A DNA stretch of 64,000 bases, from NCBI GenBank assembly GCA_965112155.1, contig OZ218102.1. The stretch is one strand, 5' to 3'. Shown here in pieces: positions 62,021 to 64,000 of this stretch. The notes below the pieces were generated by a model. That model was not told the origin of the DNA and made no database searches. It saw only the letters and a program-made list of their open reading frames with translations. This DNA comes from Podarcis liolepis. Its lineage: Eukaryota. Positions within the stretch are counted from its first letter, which is position 1. Every line of letters begins with the position of its first letter. A program made the translations under genes and the position numbers.

Positions 62021-63579
62021 AGCCCTCCATCAACACATATTTGTTCCCAAGCTGGCTTGAAAACACAAGAAAATATTAAAATGCATTATGTTGGATTGTA
62101 CTTATTAAAGTTGTCTTGTCTGCACAAAGACTTTCACATGCACAATGGAACTTCCCACGCCCTTATTTATTATTTTTTTCTCTCTGTGCTCCCTGTAACC
62201 CCCCCCCCCGGCAAAGGCTGAAGCAAGAAAACGTTTGATATATAAAGTCAGAATCTGCTCTGGGGAATTGGGGGGTGGGGGACTCAGAACAGAACTAAAG
62301 GGCATGCAGGCTGAGGAGAGAGAGGGGAGAAATTTTGTTGCACAAGCCAAAATCATTATGCAAATAGGTTGACTTTGCTGGATATATAACCCATGATATT
62401 TAAAATCAATATAACATTTATAATCAATCAACCGGCAATAAGTAATAATGTCTGGGTAGGCTTATCTAAACAGAACATTTTGAGTTTGGAGAATAGATGC
62501 TGCCATGCTAAAAGATCGATTTTTCACAGTGGCAGGACAAATATGTGGCACTGGTAAAAGTGTTGCTCCACAGATCAAGGCATTGGAGTGGGCATATATG
62601 GGTTAAGGTGATACTGTTGAGATAAGATCTTGGGTTTGGGGTTTGCCATGCATATAGCTTCTTCCTGTACAATGGGCTGGTGCACCCTTCAATTTTCATC
62701 ATGGGTGAGGAGTATCTCAATCAAAGGGCATAGAAGCCTGGACACAGAAACTATACACTCGTTTTGCAGCACAACCCTAAAAGCAGCTCAGGTGGTGGGA
62801 ACAGTAAAAGTGTAGTAAGATGGAAAATATATGTAACAATATTACAGCAGAAGTGTTGTTTGGGCTGCAGAACTGGGTTTGGCACAAATAAAACAACTAG
62901 GTGTCCTTTTTTTGTTCAGGGACGTTCTCCTATAATACGAATCCTAAGACTGCCACATTAAATTATCATGAACACAGTGAAAATCATTAGACAATTAAAT
63001 TCTACTTCTACAGTGTTCAGTTGAGATAAATTAAAATTAAAGACTTAGGTCACCAGTGTTCAGAAATGTTCCCTATATGATGACTCCTTCGATTACTGCA
63101 TTGAAGTTTCATAAATATAATAGAAATCATTAGGCAATTAAATTCTGGTTCCATGGTGATTTTTTCCAGAGGTTATTGGCCACTAGCTCCTTTTACACCA
63201 TTAAATGTAGATAGTCAATATTGTTAAGTGCACAGTCACTAGGTTTCAAGGGAATTGGTTTGATTTTGTAATCATACTAACAGCCACTTGAATCAATTTC
63301 TACTCTAGAGGACAATTATGCATAGAAAACAAAACATTTTATGTTGTGGCCTCATGGTGATGTTGTAGAGAATTATAAGCAGTAGCTGGAACTATCACAT
63401 TGATTCTTGTGACCTTCTCAATAATTCAGATGGGCAGTATAATAATATAAGAGAGAAAATGTAGGCAAAATTCTGAGGAGGTTTACTCATCCTTTGTTGC
63501 TTCCAGAGAGCCATTGAGATGCAATGGCCTAGTTTGCGCATCACAGTAAGCTATAGTCTGGTATAAACTGTAGTTTATT

Positions 63580-64000
63580 GACAACGTGCAGGGTGCGGGA
63601 CTTCCGGCGAGCCGCGATCCCAGCGCAAGCAAGGGTTTGCACCGCGTGGTGAAGCCCGAGCTATTCTGAAGGATTGGGGCGACTCCAGGGCGCGGAGACC
63701 CCTCAAACTCTTTGGAAGGGTGTCTGAAGAGTCTAGTTCCCAGCACGACCGGAGAAAGGATCAAACCGGCTACCAGGTAACCCCGAGAGAGGCGACGAGA
63801 GTAGCGGAAAGATCCAGCGGGTCCGGGGAGCCATTTTCTTACCTTCAGATAGCGAAGCCCTGCGCTTGCAGGAAGAGCGGCTTGTTTTCAAAAAAAGGAG
63901 ACTCCGATATTTGCAACTTTGTGGCCAAGAGGGGAAACAAAGAAGTTTCGGAGTAACAAAGAGAGATGAATGGAGTTCAGCGGGTGGCCGAAATCAACTA
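63580..64000 (+). promoter_or_regulatory. CpG-rich block at the window edge: L1-type LINE 5'UTR internal promoter or a host CpG-island promoter
   Basis: Abrupt switch from AT-rich to CpG-dense DNA at about 63580, starting gggacttccggcg (ETS-like CTTCCGG). No TIR; truncated by the window. Confidence 0.45.

Overview
Vertebrate nuclear DNA, almost certainly from a lacertid lizard (Podarcis-like). The assignment rests on the repeat complement: Sauria/Squam1 SINEs, a Squam3-type SINE with a (CTT)n tail, a tRNA-Lys/CR1-tail SINE, BovB, CR1, L2 and Rex1 LINEs. The window is mostly intergenic or intronic and dense in transposons. The only long ORF (3736-5961, minus) is ORF2 of a young, 5'-truncated CR1 LINE disabled by one frameshift and one nonsense mutation. 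A candidate terminal coding exon ending in a GPI-anchor-like hydrophobic tail sits at 422-633 (+); I cannot name the gene. Almost all other listed ORFs are spurious. The most notable structure is a fold-back Penelope-like remnant (34976-35228) carrying two head-to-head minimal hammerhead ribozyme motifs, one core-intact and one with a G12A lesion. Other points of interest: several nested insertions, a cluster of three solo-LTR-like elements, a Gypsy LTR plus gag start, a 128-bp tandem duplication keeping an octamer motif, a 32-bp motif repeated 1 kb apart, and a CpG-rich block at the right edge. I find no evidence for a wholly new multi-gene system. Family names come from recognition, not database searches.
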